A DNA stretch of 64,000 nt, taken from a virus. Positions 39,026 through 47,091 of this stretch are shown in pieces; the stretch's first letter is position 1; every line of letters begins with the position of its first letter. The notes under the pieces are model-generated. The model was given only the letters and a program-made list of their open reading frames with translations, searched no databases and was not told where the DNA came from. A program made the translations under genes and the position numbers. Location of the stretch: IMG/VR virus record IMGVR_UViG_3300027985_000286, positions 85,349 to 149,348 of that record; one strand, 5' to 3'.

Positions 39026-40265
39026 CGAACATAAGTATTCTTTCGCTATCGCTTATGCTGTATACGCAGGCGCGCATGTAAGTCTGTCTGACCTAGAGCG
39101 GTTTGGCAGTGTTGATTGCAGTCGGAAGACCTACTCGAAGGTTTTTAACGATGCTGACAAACGTAACGAGATGGTCGGAACCCTGCTTACTGAGGTTGAG
39201 GGATACGAAGACCAGCTTGAAGAATCGCAGGTGTTTGACGATATCACTGCTCTCCTTGATGACATTGGCGGTGACAGTGAAGGTAAGGATGTAAAGTCTA
39301 TCCTTAACGCTATTGGTGTTAGCCTTCCTGGAGAAGACGACGATGTGGACGACGTAGACGACGACCCCTCAGAGCACGTTGACGTCGCTTACGAGGAAGA
39401 GGATGAGCCCGCCCAGGAACAGGTTGAATACATCGTTACTCGTGAGACTATTACCCTGACTCGTGGTAACGAGACTCGCACTATCAAGAAGAGCATGGGT
39501 GTATTCGATGACGTTCGTGATCTCATTCTGGAGGATGACCTCGAAGGTGCTTGGTCTTCGGCATCGCCCAAAGAGTCCCTGATGAAGGCTACTGCTGGCT
39601 TCATTACCATCGAGGGAAACCAGGTCTTGTTCCAGGGTGTTCCTCTGAAGAACGAGATGGCGAATCGAGTCATCTCACTCGTCACGCGCCATGGATCGAA
39701 GTATGTCGGCCATCTTGCGAATTTTGCAAGTCGCTGCATGGAGAACACGTCTTTCCGGGCAATCAACGAGCTCCTGAGCTTCATGGAGAAGAACACTCTC
39801 CCTATCACCGCTGATGGGTGCTTCTTGACTTATAAGAAGGTGAATCCCAAGTACATGGATATTCACTCAACGAGTGTCTGTAACATGCCTTGGGACGTTT
39901 ATACCAAGTCCTTTAACGGTTCGAAGCTCGAATACCCTGTGCTCTTGAAGGGCGGCAAGAACGATGAGGTGACCACCATCTACACTGAAGACGGTTGTGC
40001 GATTGTTAGCACCGATCGTCGTAACGTGGACGATAACTACAATCAGACCTGCTCTAACGGTCTGCATGTTTGCGGGTATAGTTACCTTGGACACTTTGGT
40101 TCTCATGAGTCTGGCACAGACAAGATCTTGGTCTGCAAGGTAGACCCGAAGAACGTGGTTTCTGTTCCTCGTGATTACAATGACCAGAAGATGCGAGTTT
40201 GTGAGTACGAGATTGTAGGTACGATCCTTCCGGGTAGTCAGGTCAAGGATATGTTTGTGGATTGA
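39012..40265 (+). CDS. rIIB: RIIB protein
   Basis: EL..F, DG.F..YK.V...Y.D.H, VDD....TCS.GLH, VVSVP.DYN..K.R.C.Y. Confidence 0.94.
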   Translation: MSLYDEHKYSFAIAYAVYAGAHVSLSDLERFGSVDCSRKTYSKVFNDADKRNEMVGTLLTEVEGYEDQLEESQVFDDITALLDDIGGDSEGKDVKSILNAIGVSLPGEDDDVDDVDDDPSEHVDVAYEEEDEPAQEQVEYIVTRETITLTRGNETRTIKKSMGVFDDVRDLILEDDLEGAWSSASPKESLMKATAGFITIEGNQVLFQGVPLKNEMANRVISLVTRHGSKYVGHLANFASRCMENTSFRAINELLSFMEKNTLPITADGCFLTYKKVNPKYMDIHSTSVCNMPWDVYTKSFNGSKLEYPVLLKGGKNDEVTTIYTEDGCAIVSTDRRNVDDNYNQTCSNGLHVCGYSYLGHFGSHESGTDKILVCKVDPKNVVSVPRDYNDQKMRVCEYEIVGTILPGSQVKDMFVD

Positions 40266-40277
40266 TTTGACCGACAG

Positions 40278-40304
40278 CTTGGGGTGGGGATAACCCACCC
40301 CAAG
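40278..40304 (+). promoter_or_regulatory. 11-bp GC-rich hairpin after rIIB, overlapping the next RBS
   Basis: CTTGGGGTGGG/CCCACCCCAAG, no U-tract. Confidence 0.55.
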
Positions 40305-40312
40305 GAGGGTAC

Positions 40313-40675
40313 GTGGAAAAAGAATATGAGAAACTAGCGTACTTTGCGCGTCCTGTTGTAAACTTTGGTACTGAACAGGATAAGAAAGACATTGAGATGA
40401 TTGAGTCTTTGGGCTATACTGTGATTGACATCACAACCCCAGAGGTAAAATTGATGTATCAACTTCACGGAATGTCCGTATTCGAACCTCTGGTTAAGAA
40501 GTCAAGCGTAGTCTTTTTTAGAGCGTTTCTAAGCGGTTCTATAGGAGCAGGCGTATACAAGGAGGTATGTTGGGCTAGAGACGCTAGGAAGCCTGTCCTA
40601 GAGCTTCCTACAGGGGTTTCTGACAGAGCTTTAACAGTAGAACAAACCAGGTTGAAGCTGAGGTACAATGACTGA
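40313..40675 (+). CDS. Nucleoside 2-deoxyribosyltransferase-like (NDT/TIR-like fold) protein
   Basis: YFA.P...F, G.GV..E...A...KPV. Confidence 0.6.
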   Translation: MEKEYEKLAYFARPVVNFGTEQDKKDIEMIESLGYTVIDITTPEVKLMYQLHGMSVFEPLVKKSSVVFFRAFLSGSIGAGVYKEVCWARDARKPVLELPTGVSDRALTVEQTRLKLRYND

Positions 40676-40685
40676 GGTAATCTGA

Positions 40686-41177
40686 GTGATGACTTCAAGT
40701 GAACTGGTGTATATCTATAGGGTAGAGGATAATGACGGTGCAGGTATGTACCAGGTTTATCCATCATTCACCAAACTCATGTATATGTTCAACGAGGGTA
40801 TTGACTGCGTAAACGATGACTATGAATACCTGGAAGAGCCCAACAAAGATAGCCACCCGGTCCCTAACGATGATATCCTCTGTTGGAAAGATCTAGATTT
40901 CGGCTTGAAGGAACAGCATTTCTTTGGTTTTTGCTCTGTGAAGCAACTGATGAATTGGACTGTCAATGCACAGCTGCGAGCCTTTATTGAGAGCAAGTAC
41001 CAATCTTTGATGATTAGCATATACTCTGTACCAAAAGAGTTTGTCATGTACGGTGGTAAGCAAGTAGCGTTCATCAGAGAAAAAGCTACGCTAGAGGAAA
41101 GAAAACCGTTGACTTGGGCAGATAAGGCTGCTAAAATAACTGAAAGTTTACAAAGCGCCCGTAGCTCAGTTGGATAG
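40686..41177 (+). CDS. Hypothetical protein (IYRVE...G.Y, HP.P, FGF.S..QL..W, QV.F family)
   Basis: Recurrent phage motif; 3' end runs into tRNA-Arg. Confidence 0.65.
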   Translation: MMTSSELVYIYRVEDNDGAGMYQVYPSFTKLMYMFNEGIDCVNDDYEYLEEPNKDSHPVPNDDILCWKDLDFGLKEQHFFGFCSVKQLMNWTVNAQLRAFIESKYQSLMISIYSVPKEFVMYGGKQVAFIREKATLEERKPLTWADKAAKITESLQSARSSVG

Positions 41178-41231
41178 AGCAACGGCCTTCTAAGCCGTGG
41201 GCCGCAGGTTCGAGTCCTGCCGGGCGCGCCA
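41155..41231 (+). tRNA. tRNA-Arg(TCT)
   Basis: Cloverleaf; ACGGC-CTTCTAA-GCCGT; CCA encoded. Confidence 0.95.
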
Positions 41232-41273
41232 ATTTACGTGATGTGTAAATAATACACATCACGGAGAAAGACG

Positions 41274-41501
41274 ATGGCCAACGACCAACACAGTAGGATT
41301 ATAGGTCACACAGAGATCGAAGAGATCAACATTCTTACAATCAACAAGATCAAGTCCATCGGACAAGAGCTTGGTCATACGATTGATGACATTGGTAGTA
41401 GAAAGGATGTTGACCAAGAAGCTGTTAATCACGCACGTCAGTACCTGCAAACGTGCTTGATGTGGGCATGTCGTGCTGTTGCAAAGCCGGAGGGTTTCTA
41501 A
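41274..41501 (+). CDS. acb2: Acb2/Vs.4-like anti-CBASS cyclic-nucleotide sponge
   Basis: QH..I.G..., N.IK..G, LQT..MW..RAVAKP..F. Confidence 0.85.
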   Translation: MANDQHSRIIGHTEIEEINILTINKIKSIGQELGHTIDDIGSRKDVDQEAVNHARQYLQTCLMWACRAVAKPEGF

Positions 41502-41639
41502 TGGTCCTGAAGTTTGTTGTGAACGATGGCAACGATGTTGTAGTCCTTGGAGCGTACATGAACGCAGTTGTGCACAAGGATGATCTCAAACGATACGTGA
41601 AGATGTTCCCTATCCATTGGATTGTGGTTTAACCTCTTA

Positions 41640-41715
41640 GGGCCAGTAGCTCAGTTGGTAGAGCATCGGACTTTTAATCCGGGTGTCGAGGGTTCGAGTC
41701 CCTCCTGGCCCACCA
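41640..41715 (+). tRNA. tRNA-Lys(TTT)
   Basis: Cloverleaf; TCGGA-CTTTTAA-TCCGG; CCA. Confidence 0.95.
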
Positions 41716-41770
41716 ATTACAATCTCCTGGCTTAAATACGATTAGTTAACTACAGCACAGGGGATATTAT

Positions 41771-44170
41771 ATGGAATTGGTTCAGTATAGAGATTTCTTG
41801 AACGAATCTCTAGATAAATTCTACCCCTTCGCGGTAAATACAGAAAGCCTTGCAAGCTGGGTAAGGGCTCAATATGAGTTCAACGTCGGCTCGAGTACCT
41901 TCGCTCTTAGAGTGATCAAATCTTTTAGACCAGGGACTTTTGCTTACCAGGTTCTTCTAGGTAGACTGGTGAGTAAGAAGGTATCACCCAAGCTTGTAGG
42001 TGTTACCAATTTTAAGATGTTCTTCTCAACTCTGGTTAATATCCTTTTAGAGATTCACGATAATCCAGTCCCAAAACTGAAGACTGTCTTTGGTATGGCT
42101 ATACGAATTGATGCAGATGCGTACGATAAGCACAAATCTTTGATTGTTAGAGCGGTAAGGATGAAGCTCAAAGGTAAATACCGATTGATGGAGGGGGTGA
42201 GTAAAGATTACATTGATGATGGCAGCATGAAGGTCCTGTATATCTACCAGTTCGGAAAAACCTTTAAGCAAGTCTTCGACAAGCTACCTTCGGACTTTCT
42301 TGATAGCGTACCTGACGAAGGGCAGGATACCACAAACCCTCAACCTGAGACGGACACTCTTTCTTCTGTAGCTAAGCCTATAGAAAAAGCTGCTCCGGTA
42401 CTAACAACCCCTTCATCTGTTGTTTCTAAAGGTACCGAGAAAGAAAAGGACGTTAGCCCTACTTTCAAAAAGGTTCCTGTTGTGGTAGAGCCTGTCACGA
42501 AGCCTGAACCTTTGAGTAAGACTGGTGACTTTAAGAGTTTTGTTAAAGCGCCAGAAGATGTTAAAGATGATAAGAAAGATCCTATTGATAGGGTTTTGTC
42601 TCCTTTGGGCTCCAACTTGTCTGAAAAAGATGTCGCTGAAGGCTGGAAGCTCTATGTGGCTAGAGTCTTAAGCAACAAGTTCGGCAAAACTGATACCTAT
42701 ATCAACGGTGATAAGAATAAGATTATTACCATGATGGCCGCTTTATCGAGTGATGGAATAAAAGACAGAATTCTACCAGATGTTGTTGCTCTCTATGTTC
42801 TTAATAAGGCAGGTATCAGAACAGGTCACGTTTACGATTTCTACAATAACGGTAACACTATATACGATACCGAATGGAACAAGTTTCTGAAGAAATCAGT
42901 TAAGAGTAGTAAAAAGAGAGGGTACTGGAATTACATCAAGTCACCTAAAATCACTGACGATTCTTTCCCGCAGGATTCTAGGTCAATTAATGACGTCTCT
43001 TATGAAGAGCTGTTCAAGATATACGAAGGTGGCTTACCTTTGGAGGTAGACATAACTTACAAGTATTACCGTGAGCCTAACGATATTGATGCGTTCACTG
43101 CTCTTGACAATAAGGTCTTGGAAAGCATGAGCGTTGAAGAGAAGAAAGACTTGTTCTTGTCAGTAGCAGCATCGATGAAAAGGGATAAGCCAAACTTTTC
43201 AAGAAAGTTTAAAGAAGATGACGATGGCGGTAGTAAGCATATTCACTTCTCTGAAGTGTTTCCGGGTGATAATAGATCATTTTCTGTTAATTATTTAGGT
43301 GACAGCCTGTTTAATAGTATGACGTCATCTCAGATTGATGATTTTGTCCAAAACATGGACCCGATCTTCGCGTCCTGCATTGACAGTGGGTTCTACGTTA
43401 ATGATTTAGAACACTTCAAGGCGAACTGGGTAAGCAGCTGGACAATTGCTGGTGGTAGCAATGCGCAGGATTGTGCGTTCGCATGGGTGTCTGAGTTCGG
43501 TGAGCATAACACTGCAGAAAAGCCTCTGTGGCAAGGGGTCAAAAACATTTTCTCTGAGAAAGGCATCTCCGGTAACGGTTTGAAGAACTTTAGTGCAATC
43601 TACGCAGAGACCCAAGCTTTCCTTAAGGGTAAAATGAAGAAGAAGTATGACACAAAGCTAATTACGATATACAGAGGAGTCGGTATACCTTCTTCGAAGG
43701 TAATGAACTACGTCCCTGGAGCGTTAGAGTCCTGGACCACGCAGCTAGGAACAGCCAGCACTTTCGCGAAGATGATGAGCGATCCCAGAAGTAAAGATGG
43801 TGGTACAATTCTTTATGCAGAGGTTCCAGCGTCTGCAATCTGGGCGACATACGAATCCCTCTCAGGATGGTTTCCTGCAGAGAAGAACCTTAAGGGTAAG
43901 AAAGAGCACATTGTTCTAGGTGGCGTGTTTGCAAAGTACCCGATTAGAGTGTATAATCCCAAAACAAAGAGTCCTACTGATACTTTGATATCTTTTTCTG
44001 AATGGAAAGATACAACAATGGTAACAGAACAGAATAGAACAGAAGTAGAGGTCATTTTTACAGATGACCCGAGTTTTAATGATATCATTGCAGATAAGAA
44101 CACCGTGACAGGTAGAAAGGTAGAACCTGAAGGTGATCTTGTTAATACTGATGATGACGAAGAAGAATAA
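41771..44170 (+). CDS. Alt-like virion protein with putative divergent ADP-ribosyltransferase domain
   Basis: N-terminus paralogous to 55860; C-terminal IYRG...ESWTT...KKEHIV (R-S-E); late promoter CTTAAATA at 41731. Confidence 0.7.
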   Translation: MELVQYRDFLNESLDKFYPFAVNTESLASWVRAQYEFNVGSSTFALRVIKSFRPGTFAYQVLLGRLVSKKVSPKLVGVTNFKMFFSTLVNILLEIHDNPVPKLKTVFGMAIRIDADAYDKHKSLIVRAVRMKLKGKYRLMEGVSKDYIDDGSMKVLYIYQFGKTFKQVFDKLPSDFLDSVPDEGQDTTNPQPETDTLSSVAKPIEKAAPVLTTPSSVVSKGTEKEKDVSPTFKKVPVVVEPVTKPEPLSKTGDFKSFVKAPEDVKDDKKDPIDRVLSPLGSNLSEKDVAEGWKLYVARVLSNKFGKTDTYINGDKNKIITMMAALSSDGIKDRILPDVVALYVLNKAGIRTGHVYDFYNNGNTIYDTEWNKFLKKSVKSSKKRGYWNYIKSPKITDDSFPQDSRSINDVSYEELFKIYEGGLPLEVDITYKYYREPNDIDAFTALDNKVLESMSVEEKKDLFLSVAASMKRDKPNFSRKFKEDDDGGSKHIHFSEVFPGDNRSFSVNYLGDSLFNSMTSSQIDDFVQNMDPIFASCIDSGFYVNDLEHFKANWVSSWTIAGGSNAQDCAFAWVSEFGEHNTAEKPLWQGVKNIFSEKGISGNGLKNFSAIYAETQAFLKGKMKKKYDTKLITIYRGVGIPSSKVMNYVPGALESWTTQLGTASTFAKMMSDPRSKDGGTILYAEVPASAIWATYESLSGWFPAEKNLKGKKEHIVLGGVFAKYPIRVYNPKTKSPTDTLISFSEWKDTTMVTEQNRTEVEVIFTDDPSFNDIIADKNTVTGRKVEPEGDLVNTDDDEEE

Positions 44171-44173
44171 CAC

Positions 44174-44247
44174 GCGGGTATGGTATAGTGGCCGTGCCTC
44201 GGCCTTCCAAGCCGATGACGTGGGTTCGAATCCCACTACCCGCTCCA
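44174..44247 (+). tRNA. tRNA-Gly(TCC)
   Basis: TCGGC-CTTCCAA-GCCGA; TCCA end. Confidence 0.95.
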
Positions 44248-44261
44248 GATTGGAAACCAGA

Positions 44262-44423
44262 ATGACAGGTCGGTCCGTTAAGTGCAAGAAACGCAAGTAC
44301 AAGACAAAGATTGACGCAATGCTTTGCCTAGCTACCCTAGTGAACAGCAAGAAAGGTAAATACACTGAGCGACGCTTTTACTGGTGCACTGATTGCAAGG
44401 CGTTCCACACCACATCAAAGTAG
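44262..44423 (+). CDS. Small basic zinc-finger protein
   Basis: C.KR.Y.....A...R.Y.C..C..FH.TS. Confidence 0.65.
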   Translation: MTGRSVKCKKRKYKTKIDAMLCLATLVNSKKGKYTERRFYWCTDCKAFHTTSK

Positions 44424-44607
44424 GTCTTGCTCTTTTCCTTGAATGCTATATACTGCGTTAGAGTTTAAAGAGGAGGGTACACTATGGACGACTTCACTAA
44501 GGCAAAGATAGGTGCGTTTGTTGAAGGACTGGGTCTTGTTTTGATTACGTTTGATCCGTTCTTTCATCTAATGAAGTTGGGCGTGTGTGTATTGCTCGCA
44601 GGGATGA

Positions 44608-44949
44608 TTGCAGGAAACTACTACTTCGTACAGGGGAAGAAGGGTGTCAAACCCACGTTCTAAAATTGAACGGTCTACTGCGAAGGATTTGAGGCAAACC
44701 CCTGTCTCAGATTGCACCTTGAGGTTTGGTAAGAAAAGCAAGAGAAACAAACCGTTCGAGGTGTGGAACTGGAACCACTTCTTTTTTCGTATGTTACTTA
44801 ACGGTGGTTGGACAAAGAGCGGGAAGTTTGAAAAGATCGAAGATGCTAGAAAATATGTTGCAAAGGAGATTCGTTCATGTTACTTTAACAGCATGAACAG
44901 TGAAGCAAGAAGAAAAGACTACCTGATAATTGGTTACATCAACGACTAG
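44608..44949 (+). CDS. Hypothetical protein
   Basis: ORF; start uncertain. Confidence 0.5.
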   Translation: MQETTTSYRGRRVSNPRSKIERSTAKDLRQTPVSDCTLRFGKKSKRNKPFEVWNWNHFFFRMLLNGGWTKSGKFEKIEDARKYVAKEIRSCYFNSMNSEARRKDYLIIGYIND

Positions 44950-44958
44950 GATACGAAA

Positions 44959-45237
44959 ATGAAAAAGACTCGCGTTTGGCCGTTTATGATCAGTGCAGTG
45001 TCTCTCATGTTTGCGTTTGGTGTTCTCCTGTACTCTGCGGTTACGAGCGCTGGCCTCTTTTCGTCGATGGTAACTTCCGACTGGGAGACGAGGTCTTCGG
45101 TCCAGTACAAGCTGGAGACTTACGGATACGACTCCAGAGTGTACGAGTTCGACTCGAAGGACGGTTCGATGCACTGTGTCGTTATGTACTCCGGTGGGGA
45201 GCAGGGCGGCATGGATATGGAGTGCATCAAGAAGTAA
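44959..45237 (+). CDS. Secreted or membrane-anchored hypothetical protein
   Basis: Signal-like N-terminus; RVYE......CV...C. Confidence 0.65.
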   Translation: MKKTRVWPFMISAVSLMFAFGVLLYSAVTSAGLFSSMVTSDWETRSSVQYKLETYGYDSRVYEFDSKDGSMHCVVMYSGGEQGGMDMECIKK

Positions 45238-45248
45238 GTGCAGTTCAC

Positions 45249-45324
45249 GGGGCCATAGCTCAGCTGGGAGAGCGCTAGCTTTGCAAGCTAGAGGGCGTGG
45301 GTTCGAACCCCACTGGCTCCACCA
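45249..45324 (+). tRNA. tRNA-Ala(TGC)
   Basis: CTAGC-TTTGCAA-GCTAG; G3:U70; CCA. Confidence 0.95.
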
Positions 45325-45370
45325 ATTTAGAAGTAAGAAGCAGCTTGATTTGATTCAAGCTAAGCAGTAT

Positions 45371-45440
45371 CAGCAGATAGTTCAACGGTAGAACAGCCGG
45401 GGTGGCTCGGAAGACGAAGGTTCGACTCCTTCACTGTCGT
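45371..45440 (+). pseudogene. tRNA-like element with intact D and T arms but no valid anticodon loop or CCA
   Basis: GTTC-AACGGTA-GAAC and GAAGG-TTCGACT-CCTTC. Confidence 0.6.
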
Positions 45441-45449
45441 TTATTTCAT

Positions 45450-45525
45450 TGGCATATAGCTCAGTTGGTAGAGCAGGTGGCTGTTAACCACCCGGTCGGA
45501 GGTTCGAGCCCTCCTATGCCAGCCA
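45450..45525 (+). tRNA. tRNA-Asn(GTT)
   Basis: GGTGG-CTGTTAA-CCACC; GCCA. Confidence 0.95.
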
Positions 45526-45540
45526 TTTTAAGGTGATGAG

Positions 45541-45747
45541 ATGATTGCAAATGGGACGCAATGCACTATTTGGCACACCAACTCGGCGTTAGACGGTATT
45601 CGTGTTAAGGTGTGCGGGGTTGGTATGATGTTCCCGGGAGGTCTTGGTGATATCTACATCATCAAAAGAGATGACGGTTTTGAAGTTTTTGATAATGGGT
45701 ACGAAACCATTCTGATGGTTTCTAGTTGCCTACGTGAAATCTTTTAG
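45541..45747 (+). CDS. Hypothetical protein
   Basis: ORF between tRNAs. Confidence 0.6.
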   Translation: MIANGTQCTIWHTNSALDGIRVKVCGVGMMFPGGLGDIYIIKRDDGFEVFDNGYETILMVSSCLREIF

Positions 45748-45831
45748 GGTGTGTGGCAGAGCGGTCGAATGCGGCGGGCTGTAAACCCGTTTCCTCTGGA
45801 CTCGGTGGTTCAAATCCATCCGCACCCACCA
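45747..45831 (+). tRNA. tRNA-Tyr(GTA)
   Basis: GCGGG-CTGTAAA-CCCGT; long variable arm; ACCA. Confidence 0.95.
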
Positions 45832-45849
45832 TATTGAGGAGTTGACTAA

Positions 45850-46221
45850 ATGTCTGTTGTTGAAGAGTTGACAGAATACCAGTATCAGTCTGCTCTGGTG
45901 CCCGAAAGCCTTCGGTTAGTTATGCAGGCATTAGGGCACGAAAACGATAGTGTTGAGATTGTTAGCATTACAGACGACACTTGCAGAATTCGAGTTTTGT
46001 GGACTGCGAGGAGCTGTCAGCAAGGTTGTGAGTATGTCTTGCCTTTGTCTGTACTCTGCGCAAGCAATGTTATCAAGGCTACACTAACTTGGGATGAAGA
46101 ACAGAGATGTACGGAGGCAGAGTTTCTTATTCTAAGGTTGCAGAATCAGCTCACTGCCGCTAAAGACAGGCTGAAGCAGTTCAAATGCAGACTGGAAGAG
46201 TTAAAGAAAATGCCCGATTGA
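45850..46221 (+). CDS. Hypothetical protein
   Basis: GAGGAG RBS. Confidence 0.65.
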   Translation: MSVVEELTEYQYQSALVPESLRLVMQALGHENDSVEIVSITDDTCRIRVLWTARSCQQGCEYVLPLSVLCASNVIKATLTWDEEQRCTEAEFLILRLQNQLTAAKDRLKQFKCRLEELKKMPD

Positions 46222-46317
46222 TGGTGATTTTATGAAGGTTGAGATCACAAAGAGCGAAGCCATTCGTGTGGCAGCCCCTTAGTTCTAAGTATGGAGAAGA
46301 ATGTGAGCAGGAACATC

Positions 46318-46346
46318 TTGCATTTTTCGTGGAAGTAGCTTAGAAT
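46318..46346 (+). promoter_or_regulatory. Sigma70-like promoter upstream of the ncRNA/tRNA-Pro block
   Basis: TTGCAT-N17-TAGAAT. Confidence 0.65.
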
Positions 46347-46369
46347 ACTGCTTATAGAACAAGTTATAC

Positions 46370-46473
46370 GTGCCGAAAGGCTAGGGCTGGTATCCCGAAT
46401 TCGAACCAATACCAGGGTGGAGTAAGAGCTGTCTGACAGGTTGAAGCGCTGCCCGCGTGGACTTGACAGCTCA
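46370..46473 (+). ncRNA. Putative structured RNA upstream of tRNA-Pro
   Basis: GCC-GAAA-GGC, CTGGTAT/ATACCAG and GAGCTGTC/GACAGCTC stems. Confidence 0.5.
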
Positions 46474-46477
46474 CATT

Positions 46478-46554
46478 CTCGGTATAGCGCAGTCTGGTAG
46501 CGCCCCTGCTTTGGGAGCAGGTTGTCGGGGGTTCAAATCCCTCTACCGAGACCA
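46478..46554 (+). tRNA. tRNA-Pro(TGG)
   Basis: CCTGC-TTTGGGA-GCAGG; ACCA. Confidence 0.95.
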
Positions 46555-46687
46555 AATAAAATTGGACCGGTTTCTTGAAACCGTTGTGCTATAGGTGATT
46601 TACCTAGTCCGAGTGTCATGAATGGTTGCACACCTTTTGTGAGTTTGCTGACATTGGCGCGTCAGCAACACTAGAAGCCAGAGTTTT

Positions 46688-47091
46688 TGTTGGTGATGGG
46701 AGGTTGGCTTAGAAGCAGCCATCCTTTAAAGAGTAGGACTAAGGCTGGTACCAAGAACACTTAGGTTGGCGATGCGGCAGGCAACCGCTCTTGAGTCAAC
46801 TGAAAGCCCGATAGCCTGTGGTAATTAATTCGGCTTTGCATACCGTAAAAGCCACAGGGTCAGAGAAAGGAAAGTAAACGGAGCATGGGAACAGGTGACA
46901 CGTTGAAACGTACTGCAGATACCGCACCGACTCTGACCATAGCACCAAGGCATTCAACGCTAGGATGCCGAAGGAATGGGGTAGCTCCCCTGGGGGTGAT
47001 TGGGCCAGGTGCCACTTACGAAGTAACCAGGCACCCCGGAAACGGTAAGGCTGAGGTTTCCTTTTGGCGTAACAGCACACCATCATCAACA
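46688..47091 (+). ncRNA. ~404-nt ncRNA containing a split mimic of the 23S rRNA GTPase-associated centre (H43-H44)
   Basis: 12-bp closing stem; GGAGGTTGGCTTAGAAGCAGCCATCCTTTAAAGAGT (46699-46734) and GCGTAACAGCACAC (47067-47080) match 23S ~1055-1104; 332-nt structured insert between them. Confidence 0.85.

Noticed and set aside
46699-46734. A 23S rRNA gene, or host contamination/chimera
   Set aside because: Only ~50 nt match rRNA. They are split in two, enclosed by a non-rRNA helix, and the flanks are continuous phage sequence.
46735-47066. Canonical group I intron, RNase P RNA or tmRNA
   Set aside because: The U|...G| boundaries fit a group I intron, but I could not find the P7 R/S consensus. 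The RNase P GAGGAAAGTCC core and tmRNA tRNA-like ends are also missing. Left as an untested hypothesis.
46688-47091. L10/L11 ribosomal-protein leader
   Set aside because: No ribosomal protein gene follows, and the match is to rRNA primary sequence.
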